Below are positions 9,157 to 19,289 of a stretch of 64,000 nucleotides of DNA, in pieces (positions within the stretch are counted from its first letter, which is position 1; every line of letters starts with the position of its first letter). This stretch comes from Pseudomonadales bacterium (GTDB lineage: Bacteria > Pseudomonadota > Gammaproteobacteria > Pseudomonadales > UBA3067): the NCBI GenBank assembly GCA_040235475.1, contig JBECKY010000043.1, positions 20,476-84,475 on the forward strand. Direction: 5' to 3'. The translations under genes were made by a program, and so were the position numbers. The notes beneath the pieces were generated by a model that made no database searches, was not told the origin of the DNA, and saw nothing but the letters and a program-made list of their open reading frames with translations.

Positions 9157-10200
9157 TTAGCCCTGCTGCAACAACGCCCTTAAGTCAATAATCGCCGCAT
9201 TAGCTCTGGAGATATAATTCGCCATCACCAAAGAGTGGTTAGCAAAAATACCATAACCACTGCCATTTAAAATCAATGGAGATCCCATCGAAACCTGACT
9301 CGACTCCAGCTCCATAATAATTTGCTGCAGGCTGGTTAAGGCATTCTTTTTTAACAGCACATCATGAAAATCAACCTCGATGGCTTTAAGAAAATGCAAC
9401 AGCGCCCAGGCTGTTCCTCGTGCCTCATAAAATTCATCATCAATCTTGTACCAAGGGGTTTTTACCGCTACCTCACGAAAAGTGGGTGTCGACTCTTTGG
9501 CGGCAGGATCTCCGGCCAGATCAGTATTAATCCTGCGCGCGCCAACACTGGCACTTAAACGTTGCGACAAACTGCCTAATCGGCTACCGACATCCTGTAA
9601 CCAGTTCTGCAGGTTGTCTGCCCGGGCATAAAACTGGGCGGTGGGTTGCTCAGGATCAATAAGCCGCTGCTGGAAACGCTCCAACGCTTTTATGCCTTTT
9701 CGATACTCATCTTCAGATGCCGGGAAGAGCCATTGATCATCACCCAAACTAAAAAACGGCTCGGCTACAGCCAAATCAGCGTCTTCTTTCGATTGTGACA
9801 ACGACCGCGCCATATCCTGACGCAAACGGCGGCTCAAATCCCTGACCTGCACCAATACACCAAATTCCCAGGCCGCTATGTTATCGAGAAAAATAAAAGG
9901 CGGCGCAATATCATTACTCATAAAGCCACCAGGCTTGTGTAACATTATATCCGCTACTTTTATTAAAGTTGCAAGCGTAGCGTAACCAGTAACATTGCTT
10001 TCATTGGGAATAACAAATTGCTCAGGCTCAGAGCTGACATAAATGCTGATTCCCAGCATCACCAGCAGCACTACCACCGCCAAAAATCTGGCAAAATAAT
10101 TGATGATTTTATTCATTTTATTTTCTGTATTATCTGGTGCAGGCCCTTCACCCCGAGTGCCTGACACCGTATTTTTGATGACTTCCGCTAAATTTGACAT
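9157..10200 (-). CDS. Conserved membrane-anchored protein, DUF2333-like
   Basis: 347 aa with one N-terminal TM (FARFLAVVVLLVMLGISIYV). Segments WEFGVLVQVRDLSRRLRQD and FYARADNLQNWL...RLGSLSQRL match my recollection of the DUF2333 family. No obvious SD, so the start is uncertain. Confidence 0.55.
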   Translation of the reverse strand: MSNLAEVIKNTVSGTRGEGPAPDNTENKMNKIINYFARFLAVVVLLVMLGISIYVSSEPEQFVIPNESNVTGYATLATLIKVADIMLHKPGGFMSNDIAPPFIFLDNIAAWEFGVLVQVRDLSRRLRQDMARSLSQSKEDADLAVAEPFFSLGDDQWLFPASEDEYRKGIKALERFQQRLIDPEQPTAQFYARADNLQNWLQDVGSRLGSLSQRLSASVGARRINTDLAGDPAAKESTPTFREVAVKTPWYKIDDEFYEARGTAWALLHFLKAIEVDFHDVLLKKNALTSLQQIIMELESSQVSMGSPLILNGSGYGIFANHSLVMANYISRANAAIIDLRALLQQG

Positions 10201-10486
10201 AACTGATTAAAAAACGCCCTGATTAAAGATAGGATCCTCTAATCCCGCTGCAGGAAAAAGAGTAAAGGCAATACTAACACAAGCATTTTTTTACGTCATA
10301 GCCAAATAACGACAGAAACGCAGTGGGAAGAACCCCTCAGCTTTCAAACTCGGCGGTTCACAATAACTGAATAATCCGGGCACCATAAGCTGCTCTTAGG
10401 GTCCTATTAGGCATCAATATGTTACTATTTATTGTTTAGAAAGCTGACGTAACACTCATAAGGGCCCCACTACCTGAGAACACAGC

Positions 10487-12418
10487 ATGAAACCATTTGC
10501 CTTAACCCTAAACGCTTTACTGATCAGTGTTTGCTGTAGCTTTATACCTGCTGCTGCCTTTGCAGATACAAACTCCAGCGCCATTAGCCTCCCCACCAAT
10601 ACTATTTTACCGGCCCAAAATAATAATATCTTCGCTGAAGAACCCCAGTTTCTACCTGTTGATGAAGCCTTTACCTGGGAGGCAGAGCAAAAGGAAAACC
10701 AACTCATTGTTCGCTGGTTTATGCAAGACGGCTATTATCTTTATCGCGAGCAGTTCAAGTTTTCATTGACAGAAAACCCTTCCAATTTAAAACTGGGTAT
10801 CCCTGTTTTTGCAGGGGAAGGTAAAATGAAAGACGACCCGGCCTTTGGTATGGTGGAAGTTTTTTATCACACGGTTGCGATCAACATTCCACTCATTGCA
10901 AATGATGCATGGCACAAACCGGTATCGATAGAAATTGGCTATCAAGGTTGTGCTGATGCAGGCTTATGCTATCAGCCACAAACCAGAACCATTGAATTAC
11001 TGCCGCCGACAATATCCAGTAAAAATAAAGCCATTACCCAGCAAACTCTTTCATCTGCAACGAACACTTCATCAAACGGCATAGCAGGTTTAATTGAACA
11101 ATCCAGCTTATGGCTTAGCCTGGGGACTTTATTCTTGCTGGGCATTGGCCTGGCCTTTACGCCCTGCGTACTACCTATGGTGCCAATACTTTCCAGCATT
11201 ATTATCGGCCAGAAAAACATCACCACCGGCAAGGCTTTTTCACTATCGCTGACCTACGTTCTCAGCATGGCCATCACCTACTCCTTTGCCGGGGTACTGG
11301 TGGGCTATTTTGGCGCCAAAGCCAATTTGCAAATTTATTTACAAGAGCCTGCAGTGTTAATCAGCTTTGCCGGGGTGTTTGTTATTTTATCCCTGTCAAT
11401 GTTTGGTTTTTACGAATTGCAAATGCCCGCTTTTCTGCGTGACCGACTCGACAGGATAAACCAGAAACAACAAGGCGGCACATATGTCAGCGTGGCGTTG
11501 ATGGGCATACTATCGGCCCTGGTGGTATCACCTTGCGTGTCGGCGCCCTTAATTGGCGTGCTGACGTATATCAGCGCCACCGGCGATGCCACCTTAGGCG
11601 GTTTGTCTTTGCTGGCCTTGTCATTGGGCATGGGGCTGCCCTTGCTGCTGATCGGCACCGGGGGCGGTAAATTCCTGCCCTCTGCAGGCCAATGGATGAA
11701 TACCGTTAAAGCGGTGTTTGGGGTTCTATTGTTAGCTGTTGCCGTTTGGTTGCTGGAACGTATTTTACCTGGCCCAGTCACCCTGGTACTTTGGGCAGCT
11801 CTATTGATACCCAGTGGTATTTTTATGGGAGCTCTGGAAAAAACCGAATCCGGATGGCCACGACTGTGGAAAAGTATTGGCCTTGTTTTCGTGGTCTACG
11901 GCATTATTCTGATTATCGGCGCTGCCAGTGGCCAGTCAGATCCCCTGCGTCCATTGCAATCATTAAAGTCTCAGGGCACAAGCCAGAGCCAGCTCAACGT
12001 CGATGCCTCAGGTCCTGAGCAGAGCCATCAGGCGCAAGGCGGTCATTTACAGTTTAGCCGTGTCAACACCCTTACTGAACTTAACCAAGCCTTGGAAAAA
12101 GCCAAAAGCCAGAAAAAAATAGCCATGCTGGATTTCTACGCCGACTGGTGCATTTCCTGCAAAATTTTTGAAAGAGACACTTTCAGCGACCCCGCTGTGC
12201 AAGCCGCTTTAAGCAACACGCTGTTATTGCAAGCAGACCTATCGGATCTGAACGCTGAGCATCAGGCCATGCTTGATCGTTTTGGCTTATTCGGCTTACC
12301 CAGTATTTTATTCTTCAACACCCAGGGTGAAGAACTCAGACCAGCACGCATACAAGGTGAAATGAACGCGAAACAATTTTTAAGCCATTTGCAAGAAAAA
12401 GTTCAGGCACAACAATAA
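10487..12418 (+). CDS. dsbD: Thiol:disulfide interchange protein DsbD
   Basis: 643 aa. Signal peptide, N-terminal domain with CADAGLCYQP, central TM domain with FTPCVLPMVP and VSPCVSAP, and a C-terminal thioredoxin fold with WCISCK. Confidence 0.93.
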   Translation: MKPFALTLNALLISVCCSFIPAAAFADTNSSAISLPTNTILPAQNNNIFAEEPQFLPVDEAFTWEAEQKENQLIVRWFMQDGYYLYREQFKFSLTENPSNLKLGIPVFAGEGKMKDDPAFGMVEVFYHTVAINIPLIANDAWHKPVSIEIGYQGCADAGLCYQPQTRTIELLPPTISSKNKAITQQTLSSATNTSSNGIAGLIEQSSLWLSLGTLFLLGIGLAFTPCVLPMVPILSSIIIGQKNITTGKAFSLSLTYVLSMAITYSFAGVLVGYFGAKANLQIYLQEPAVLISFAGVFVILSLSMFGFYELQMPAFLRDRLDRINQKQQGGTYVSVALMGILSALVVSPCVSAPLIGVLTYISATGDATLGGLSLLALSLGMGLPLLLIGTGGGKFLPSAGQWMNTVKAVFGVLLLAVAVWLLERILPGPVTLVLWAALLIPSGIFMGALEKTESGWPRLWKSIGLVFVVYGIILIIGAASGQSDPLRPLQSLKSQGTSQSQLNVDASGPEQSHQAQGGHLQFSRVNTLTELNQALEKAKSQKKIAMLDFYADWCISCKIFERDTFSDPAVQAALSNTLLLQADLSDLNAEHQAMLDRFGLFGLPSILFFNTQGEELRPARIQGEMNAKQFLSHLQEKVQAQQ

Positions 12419-12499
12419 CGAAGGTTTAAGGTATAAACTGTTTATGTATAATGTGCATTCGCTACACTCATTACTTATTCGTTCAGGAGACATTAGTTC

Positions 12500-12949
12500 A
12501 TGGCAACCATATTGGTGCTTCACGGCCCTAACCTAAATCTATTAGGCACAAGAGAGCCTGAAATTTACGGCAGCGATACCCTGAATGATATTAATCAACG
12601 CCTGATTGCCACCGCTACCGAGCACGGCCACCACCTGCAAACGTTACAAAGCAATGCCGAATACGAACTAATCGACCGTATCCATGCTGCCAGCAAAGAA
12701 GGTATTAATTTTATTATTTTTAATCCGGCTGCATTTACTCATTCCAGCATTGCCCTGCGTGACGCGCTAACGGCTGTTGATATCCCTTTTTATGAAGTGC
12801 ATTTATCAAATGTCTTCGCTCGTGAAGAGTTCAGACATTATTCCTATTTCTCTGATATCGCCACCGGCGTAATCTCTGGTTTCGGCTCATTAGCCTACGA
12901 ACTGGCTTTGCAGGCGGCCCTTAAATACCTGGAATCGGCCAAAAGCTAA
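12500..12949 (+). CDS. aroQ: Type II 3-dehydroquinate dehydratase
   Basis: 149 aa. [43 protein letters not shown]. Confidence 0.95.
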   Translation: MATILVLHGPNLNLLGTREPEIYGSDTLNDINQRLIATATEHGHHLQTLQSNAEYELIDRIHAASKEGINFIIFNPAAFTHSSIALRDALTAVDIPFYEVHLSNVFAREEFRHYSYFSDIATGVISGFGSLAYELALQAALKYLESAKS

Positions 12950-13138
12950 ATTTTTTCCAGCACGCCCAGCATTTTTGAAAAATCAGTTGTACTGTCAATT
13001 GGTGCGCAACACTTTTCAAAAAATGCTGGAACCGACTGAATGTTCAATCAAAAGGTGGCCGCACTGATAACGCTCAGTGTTATTTTTTTAAATAGCTTGC
13101 AACGCATATAAGCGCTGAACTGATTTTTTAGGATATAT

Positions 13139-14074
13139 ATGCCCTGGTTAAAGTTAATTTTGGAAACCACTGATGCCGATGCGCCGCCTATCGAAGATTG
13201 CTTAATAGCACTTGGCGCCGCCGCCGTTACCCTCACAGATAGCGCCGATCAGCCTTTATTCGAACCCCCTCTGGGCACCACGCCCTTATGGAGCCAAACC
13301 CGCATCGAAGGTTTGTTTGACAGCAGCGTGGATATGGACGTGGCTACTAATGTACTGCAACATTATTTCAACCGTGAATTACCAAATGCCAAACTGAATT
13401 ATAAAATCGAGGCCCTGGAAGACAGGGACTGGGAAAAAGTCTGGATGGATGATTTTAAGCCCATGTGTTTCGGCACACGGCTGTGGATTTGCCCCAGCTG
13501 GATTCAAACCCCAAAAGACAACGCGGTTACCCTCAAGCTCGACCCCGGTCTGGCATTTGGCACAGGAACCCACCCCACTACGGCCATGTGCCTGGAATGG
13601 TTGGATTCACAAGCTTTAGATGGCAAGCATGTGATTGATTACGGTTGCGGATCCGGGGTACTGGGTATTGCTGCTGGATTATTGGGCAGTGAGCAGGTTA
13701 TTGCCATCGACAATGACCCCCAGGCCCTGATTGCAAGTAAAGACAACTGTATAAAAAACCAACTCCAAGATAAACTCCATACCTACAGCCCCGAGCGGTT
13801 TCAGCAGCAACTGCATGATAAAACCTCGGCCTTACCCTTTATCGAAGCCGATATTCTGATCGCAAATATCCTTGCCGGTCCACTGCTGGAATTGGCCGGC
13901 ACCCTCACTGCACTGGTTAAACCAGGGGGTAAATTAGTGCTGTCAGGCATTCTCGACCATCAGGCAGAGGAAGTCATGGCCGCCTACGCTTCTGAGTGGC
14001 AATTCTACCCACCTCAGCAGAAAGCCGGATGGTGTCGACTCGAAGCTCAACGTAAAACCAAAATAGATCCCTAA
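13139..14074 (+). CDS. prmA: Ribosomal protein L11 methyltransferase
   Basis: 311 aa. MPWLKL..., LDPGLAFGTGTHPTT, SAM motif VIDYGCGSGVLGIAA. Confidence 0.93.
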   Translation: MPWLKLILETTDADAPPIEDCLIALGAAAVTLTDSADQPLFEPPLGTTPLWSQTRIEGLFDSSVDMDVATNVLQHYFNRELPNAKLNYKIEALEDRDWEKVWMDDFKPMCFGTRLWICPSWIQTPKDNAVTLKLDPGLAFGTGTHPTTAMCLEWLDSQALDGKHVIDYGCGSGVLGIAAGLLGSEQVIAIDNDPQALIASKDNCIKNQLQDKLHTYSPERFQQQLHDKTSALPFIEADILIANILAGPLLELAGTLTALVKPGGKLVLSGILDHQAEEVMAAYASEWQFYPPQQKAGWCRLEAQRKTKIDP

Positions 14075-14263
14075 ACTGGCTTCATTGCAAAAGATTGAGC
14101 GTTATTTCCATTAATATCGATTGGTGCACAGGCACTTAGCCTGATTTGAAATATCCTTTTAAACAAAGCCTTTGTAGGCCTGATGCATTCAGTGTTGATT
14201 TAAGGCTTGCCTGGCATTTCTCATTACCGGACCAGCTGACTCAACAAGGTTATAAGTAGCACC

Positions 14264-15886
14264 ATGCACACTCGTTGCCCTCATTGCAGCACGACTTTTT
14301 CAATTTCCCAGCAGCATCTTGAAATAGCTGAGGGTCAAGTTCGTTGCGGTTCATGTGACCAGGTTTTTAACGGCCGTGATAATATTGTTGATGCTAAAGG
14401 CAACCTGGTTCGAAAAACAATCAAAGAAAAATCATCCGCGTTTGAAACCGGCGATGATATTTTCGGCATGATTGAAAAGGCCAGTGCTGAAGCCGAGTCT
14501 GACCCTGAAGTTAAAGCCAAACCCAAAGCCCGGCACATTGAAACAACTGACGAAAGCTGGGCAGACTCCCTAATAGCCGAAGAGGGTGGGCATGATGAAA
14601 CAGCCCCAGCTCCACCTAAAATAAAAGCAGCGGTCAATAGAAAACAATCAGCAACGATTGTTAGTGAGCGGGTCAGCGCGCCAACTAAACCTCAGCAGAC
14701 AAAACAAGCCCGGCCAGCCCCTGCTGGTAAAGATCCTTTGCTCCCGCGCCAGCAACAAGCCGAATTCAGTGATGAATTTTTAAATCTTGATAAGCATGCC
14801 AGCACCCATAACCCGTTCAGGGACTCCGATCAAGCGGTTCAACAAGCAGCCAAACCAATAGCTAAGGACATTAATACCCATAAACCCGACAGTAAAAGCT
14901 GGGCTGAAGATGTATGGGATGAAAATGGTGGACTGTCGGATCAGGATTTATTCGATGAGCTTGAGGCATTAAATCAACCAAGCCCCCCCCAAGCAGCCAA
15001 GCAAAAACCCAAGCAACCCACAAATCCGACTAAACAAGCCAAACCCTCGACTGCGGCCACTAAATCATCCAAACCCCCTGCGGCGACTCCCCTTATAGAT
15101 GATGAAAGCAGCATATTCGATGAGCTTGAGGAATTTCTTACCGCCGAAAAACCCCCTGCTTCGGATAATAAAACCGCAAACAAAAGCGCTGCTGCTAATA
15201 CTGCCAGCAAGCCCTCTATCATTGATGAGCTGAAAGAAATAGCCAGCGAGCTCGCCCATAAAAACCCAATGCGGGCTATACCGGCAGACAACAAAAAACC
15301 GCAAGCAAAAAAAGCACCCGATTCCAAAACAAAACAAGCCCCCCTGTTTCATCTGAATTTCGACCCCATAGAAATAAAATCGGATAGTCCACCACCAAAA
15401 CCAAAAAAGGGGCCGATAATCTACGCTTTCTCTATTATGCTGGCCAGCGTGTTGTTTGCCTTTCAGTTCAGTTTTTTCAATATGGACCAATTTGCCAGGG
15501 ATCCACTTTACCGGCCTTATTACCAAAAGGCCTGCGCAATACTGTCATGCACATTACCAACGCTACAGAACCTGAATAAAATCCACGGTAGTCATTTAGT
15601 CGTCAGGCAACACCCTGATCACCCTAAGGCGCTGATAATCGATATTATTATGACCAACAAAGCCAACTACCCGCAGCTTTTCCCAATCATGGAACTGGTT
15701 TTTACTGACAGCGAGCATGCACCGGTAAGGCAAAGGCAGTTCAAACCCAAAGAATATCTGATTGGTGACTTGGCAACTTTAAGCGCCATGCCTGCCAACA
15801 TCCCAATTCATGTTTCATTGGAAGTCCTGGACCCTGGTCCAAAAGCCAAAGGCTGGGAAATCAACTTCTTAAACTACCTGAATTAG
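14264..15886 (+). CDS. Zinc-ribbon (MJ0042-type) plus DUF3426 membrane protein with a long disordered K/P/A/Q-rich middle
   Basis: 540 aa. N-terminus CPHCSTTF...VRCGSCDQVFNG, about 330 aa of low complexity, one TM (IIYAFSIMLASVLFAFQFSFF), then a C-terminal DUF3426-like domain. It holds the same position (prmA to dusB) as in Pseudomonas. Confidence 0.75.
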   Translation: MHTRCPHCSTTFSISQQHLEIAEGQVRCGSCDQVFNGRDNIVDAKGNLVRKTIKEKSSAFETGDDIFGMIEKASAEAESDPEVKAKPKARHIETTDESWADSLIAEEGGHDETAPAPPKIKAAVNRKQSATIVSERVSAPTKPQQTKQARPAPAGKDPLLPRQQQAEFSDEFLNLDKHASTHNPFRDSDQAVQQAAKPIAKDINTHKPDSKSWAEDVWDENGGLSDQDLFDELEALNQPSPPQAAKQKPKQPTNPTKQAKPSTAATKSSKPPAATPLIDDESSIFDELEEFLTAEKPPASDNKTANKSAAANTASKPSIIDELKEIASELAHKNPMRAIPADNKKPQAKKAPDSKTKQAPLFHLNFDPIEIKSDSPPPKPKKGPIIYAFSIMLASVLFAFQFSFFNMDQFARDPLYRPYYQKACAILSCTLPTLQNLNKIHGSHLVVRQHPDHPKALIIDIIMTNKANYPQLFPIMELVFTDSEHAPVRQRQFKPKEYLIGDLATLSAMPANIPIHVSLEVLDPGPKAKGWEINFLNYLN

Positions 15887-16141
15887 GGAACCTCTGATTA
15901 CGTCGGGACGAAGCAGGTTATGATTAGACTGCCCAGTTAGCGCCCATCCATAACAAGGCATTTTCTCGCTCAACTGCCTAAACACCTATAAACGCAAAAC
16001 CTCCTCTTTATCTTTTCTTTATCGGTGAGAAAACACCAAATTGTGCTTTAACCTTTGCGGCCTTATCGTTATCATGTCCGTTCATATTTTCAGCAATAAC
16101 AAGCTGGCTTACACACCGGCCCTTTGGCATAAGGCATTAAA

Positions 16142-17146
16142 ATGGATCTAGCCAATCGTTTAGTAATTGGTCAATACAAGCTGAAAAACCCCGTTATTCT
16201 AGCCCCAATGGCAGGCGTGACCGATCGACCTTTCAGGCAGCTTTGCCATAAACTGGGGGCAGGCATGGTCGTTTCAGAAATGGTGACCAGCGACATGCGG
16301 TTGTGGCATACCCGTAAAAGTCAGCTGCGGCTGGACCACAGCGGCGAATCCGAGCCTCGAAGTGTTCAAATCGCTGGCGCGGACCCTGTGATGATGGCTG
16401 AAGCAGCCAAAGTAAATGCCAACAACGGTGCCCAGATCATCGATATCAATATGGGCTGCCCGGCCAAAAAAGTTTGTCACAAAGCCGCTGGCTCAGCCCT
16501 CATGCGTGATGAAAAACTGGTTCAGAATATTTTGCATAGCGTGGTTAAAGCCGTTAACATTCCGGTCACGCTGAAGATAAGAACCGGGTGGGATCAAAGC
16601 AATAAAAATGCTTTAACAATCGCCCAAATTGCCGAAGCTGAAGGTATTCAAGCCCTGGCCGTTCACGGTAGAAGTCGGGCTTGCGGCTATTCAGGATTTG
16701 CAGAATACGATACTATTGCTAATATTAAGGCAAATGTCTCGATTCCAGTGATTGCCAATGGCGATATAGACTCAGCGAAAAAAGCTAAATTAGTACTGGA
16801 CTATACCCGCGTTAATGGTGTTATGATTGGCCGCGGCGCACAGGGTAACCCTTGGATTTTTAGAGAAATTGTCCATTTCCTAGAAACCGGGGAGACATTA
16901 GCTCCACCCTCATACAGCGAGATATGCAAAATTTTGCTGGTTCACTTGGAACAGCTCTACAGCTTTTACGGTGAGCACATGGGCCTAAGGATAGCCCGCA
17001 AGCATGTCGGCTGGTATGCAGATAAAAACAAACAAAATAAATCTTTTAAAAAACAGTTTAACCAACTTGACAGCATAAATGCTCAAAAAAAGGCGATTTT
17101 AGAGCATTTTAAACGACTAACACAGGATGAGGTATTGGCAGCATGA
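16142..17146 (+). CDS. dusB: tRNA-dihydrouridine synthase B
   Basis: 334 aa. [31 protein letters not shown]. Overlaps fis by 4 nt (ATGA). Confidence 0.95.
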   Translation: MDLANRLVIGQYKLKNPVILAPMAGVTDRPFRQLCHKLGAGMVVSEMVTSDMRLWHTRKSQLRLDHSGESEPRSVQIAGADPVMMAEAAKVNANNGAQIIDINMGCPAKKVCHKAAGSALMRDEKLVQNILHSVVKAVNIPVTLKIRTGWDQSNKNALTIAQIAEAEGIQALAVHGRSRACGYSGFAEYDTIANIKANVSIPVIANGDIDSAKKAKLVLDYTRVNGVMIGRGAQGNPWIFREIVHFLETGETLAPPSYSEICKILLVHLEQLYSFYGEHMGLRIARKHVGWYADKNKQNKSFKKQFNQLDSINAQKKAILEHFKRLTQDEVLAA

Positions 17147-17445
17147 GTGACCTGAACGTAGTGGAACCCGTTGTTCAACCAAAAGATAATCAAGCAACAC
17201 CATCAGTTAGCCAGCAAGGCGACACTTTGCGTGACTGCGTAGAAAAAACAATGCGTAATTACTTTGCACACCTGGATGGTCAACCTGTTACCGACGTTTT
17301 TCAAATGGTTTTAAGCGAAGTAGAAGCGCCTTTGCTGGAAACAGTTTTGGAATTTACCCGTGGTAACCAAACCAAAGCAGCGATTGTTTTAGGATTGAAC
17401 AGAGGTACTCTGCGAAAAAAACTTAAGCAATACGATCTGCTTTAA
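17143..17445 (+). CDS. fis: DNA-binding protein Fis
   Basis: 100 aa. C-terminal [27 protein letters not shown]. Sits in the dusB-fis operon. Confidence 0.95.
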   Translation: MSDLNVVEPVVQPKDNQATPSVSQQGDTLRDCVEKTMRNYFAHLDGQPVTDVFQMVLSEVEAPLLETVLEFTRGNQTKAAIVLGLNRGTLRKKLKQYDLL

Positions 17446-17535
17446 TTGCAAAGCAATAACGGCAGACAAGCGCCTGAGCCTAAATACACTTACACCTGAA
17501 ACACAGCAGGTGCTTTTGCTGATTTCTGCTTACCT

Positions 17536-17586
17536 AAAAAGGGTAGACTTGGGAGTCCAACAGACTCTTGATGCTACCTTTTTTTG
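17536..17586 (+). terminator. Rho-independent terminator after fis
   Basis: Outer stem GGTAG (17542-17546) / CTACC (17574-17578), inner stem GAGTC (17553-17557) / GACTC (17563-17567), followed by a 7-T run at 17579-17585. A weaker hairpin CACCTG/CAGGTG lies at 17493-17512. Confidence 0.6.
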
Positions 17587-17675
17587 TCCATCAAATTTGG
17601 CAACTGTTGCAAGCAACCCTGATTCATCAAAATTTAAAACCTTACGCTTAAACCTTATAAATTAACTACTTCCCT

Positions 17676-19277
17676 ATGACCCATGGTATCAAACGCGCTC
17701 TACTGAGTGTTTCAAACAAAACCGGTTTAATCGAATTCGCCCAAGGCTTAATATCCTTGAACGTTGAAATTTTATCAACGGGTGGTACGTTTCGCCTGCT
17801 TGAGGAAAATAATATTCCTGCTGTGGAAGTGTCAGATTACACCGGTTTTCCTGAAATGATGGATGGCAGGGTAAAAACCCTGCACCCCAAAATTCACGGG
17901 GGCATACTCGGCCGTCGTGGCCAGGATGATAGCATAATGGCCAAACACGCCATCCAAGCCATTGATCTGGTTGCAGTCAACCTTTATCCCTTTCAGAAAA
18001 CTGTGGCAAAGCCTGATTGTGATTTAGCAAGCGCAATAGAAAATATTGATATTGGTGGCCCTGCCATGGTGAGAGCGGCGGCTAAAAATCACCATTACGT
18101 TACCATTGTGATTGACCCTGAAGACTATCCAGCGATTCTGAAAGAAATGCAAACCAACGCCCAAGCCATCAGCTTGGAAAACCGTTTCCATTATGCGGTT
18201 AAAGCTTTTGAACATACAGCCCAATACGATGGCGCTATTGCAAACTACCTGGGCACAAAAGTCGCTGGCAGCAATAAAAGCGAGGCCAGTGCAGCCGAGC
18301 AACAATCAATAGAACGCTTTCCACGCACCTACAACACCCAGTTTATTAAAATTCAGGACATGCGGTATGGAGAAAACCCGCACCAAAAGGCCGCTTTTTA
18401 TCGTGAAAACTCTCTGCGTGAAGCTTGTGTATCCAGTGCCAGACAGCTACAGGGAAAGGCACTATCGTTTAACAATGTTGCCGACACTGATGCGGCATTG
18501 GAATGTGTCAAAAACTTCTCTGAACCCGCCTGCGTCATTGTAAAACACGCCAACCCCTGCGGCGTAGCCATCGGCAGTCATCAACTTGAAGCTTACCAAC
18601 GAGCCTTTCAAACCGATCCGACATCCGCTTTTGGCGGCATCATCGCTTTTAATCAGGCCTTAAGCCGACAAACTGCCGAAGACATTATTGACCGGCAATT
18701 TGTTGAAGTCATTATTGCCCCGGAAATTAACCCGGATGCTTTACCGGTATTGGCACAAAAAACCAATATTAGAGTGCTGGCTTCGGGCCAGTGGCCGCTT
18801 ACCCCTGTACCGGCACTGGATTACAAACGCGTGAGCGGTGGGCTGTTACTGCAGGATAAAGACCTAGGGGAAATAAACGCTGCAGACCTGAAAACCGTCA
18901 GCAAACGCGCACCCACTACTCAGGAACTGAAAGATTTATTATTTAGCTGGAAAGTTGCAAAATATGTCAAATCCAATGCCATCGTTTATGCGCATAACGG
19001 CCAGACCATAGGCATCGGCGCCGGACAAATGAGTCGGGTTTATAGTGCCAAAATTGCCGGCATCAAGGCTGAAGACGAAGGCCTGGAGGTAGTTGGCTCG
19101 GTAATGGCATCCGATGCTTTTTTTCCGTTTCGCGATGGCATCGATGCAGCAGCAAAGGCCGGTATTCGCGCCATCATTCAACCCGGCGGCTCGATTCGGG
19201 ACGAAGAAGTCATTGCTGCAGCAGATGAAGCTGATATTGCCATGGTTTTTACTGGCATGCGCCACTTCAGGCACTGA
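17676..19277 (+). CDS. purH: Bifunctional AICAR transformylase / IMP cyclohydrolase
   Basis: 533 aa. [44 protein letters not shown]-terminus. Confidence 0.97.
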   Translation: MTHGIKRALLSVSNKTGLIEFAQGLISLNVEILSTGGTFRLLEENNIPAVEVSDYTGFPEMMDGRVKTLHPKIHGGILGRRGQDDSIMAKHAIQAIDLVAVNLYPFQKTVAKPDCDLASAIENIDIGGPAMVRAAAKNHHYVTIVIDPEDYPAILKEMQTNAQAISLENRFHYAVKAFEHTAQYDGAIANYLGTKVAGSNKSEASAAEQQSIERFPRTYNTQFIKIQDMRYGENPHQKAAFYRENSLREACVSSARQLQGKALSFNNVADTDAALECVKNFSEPACVIVKHANPCGVAIGSHQLEAYQRAFQTDPTSAFGGIIAFNQALSRQTAEDIIDRQFVEVIIAPEINPDALPVLAQKTNIRVLASGQWPLTPVPALDYKRVSGGLLLQDKDLGEINAADLKTVSKRAPTTQELKDLLFSWKVAKYVKSNAIVYAHNGQTIGIGAGQMSRVYSAKIAGIKAEDEGLEVVGSVMASDAFFPFRDGIDAAAKAGIRAIIQPGGSIRDEEVIAAADEADIAMVFTGMRHFRH

Positions 19278-19289
19278 GGATACCCTTAT

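Noticed and set aside
14335-15526. Minus-strand ORFs of 100, 117 and 153 aa.
   Set aside because: They are antisense to the low-complexity region of the DUF3426 gene. Repetitive composition generates long open frames by chance.
17587-17675. A possible ZTP (pfl) riboswitch upstream of purH.
   Set aside because: None of the conserved pfl core sequence (for example the CCGCCTGGG-like 3' element) is present, and the region is AT-rich and short.
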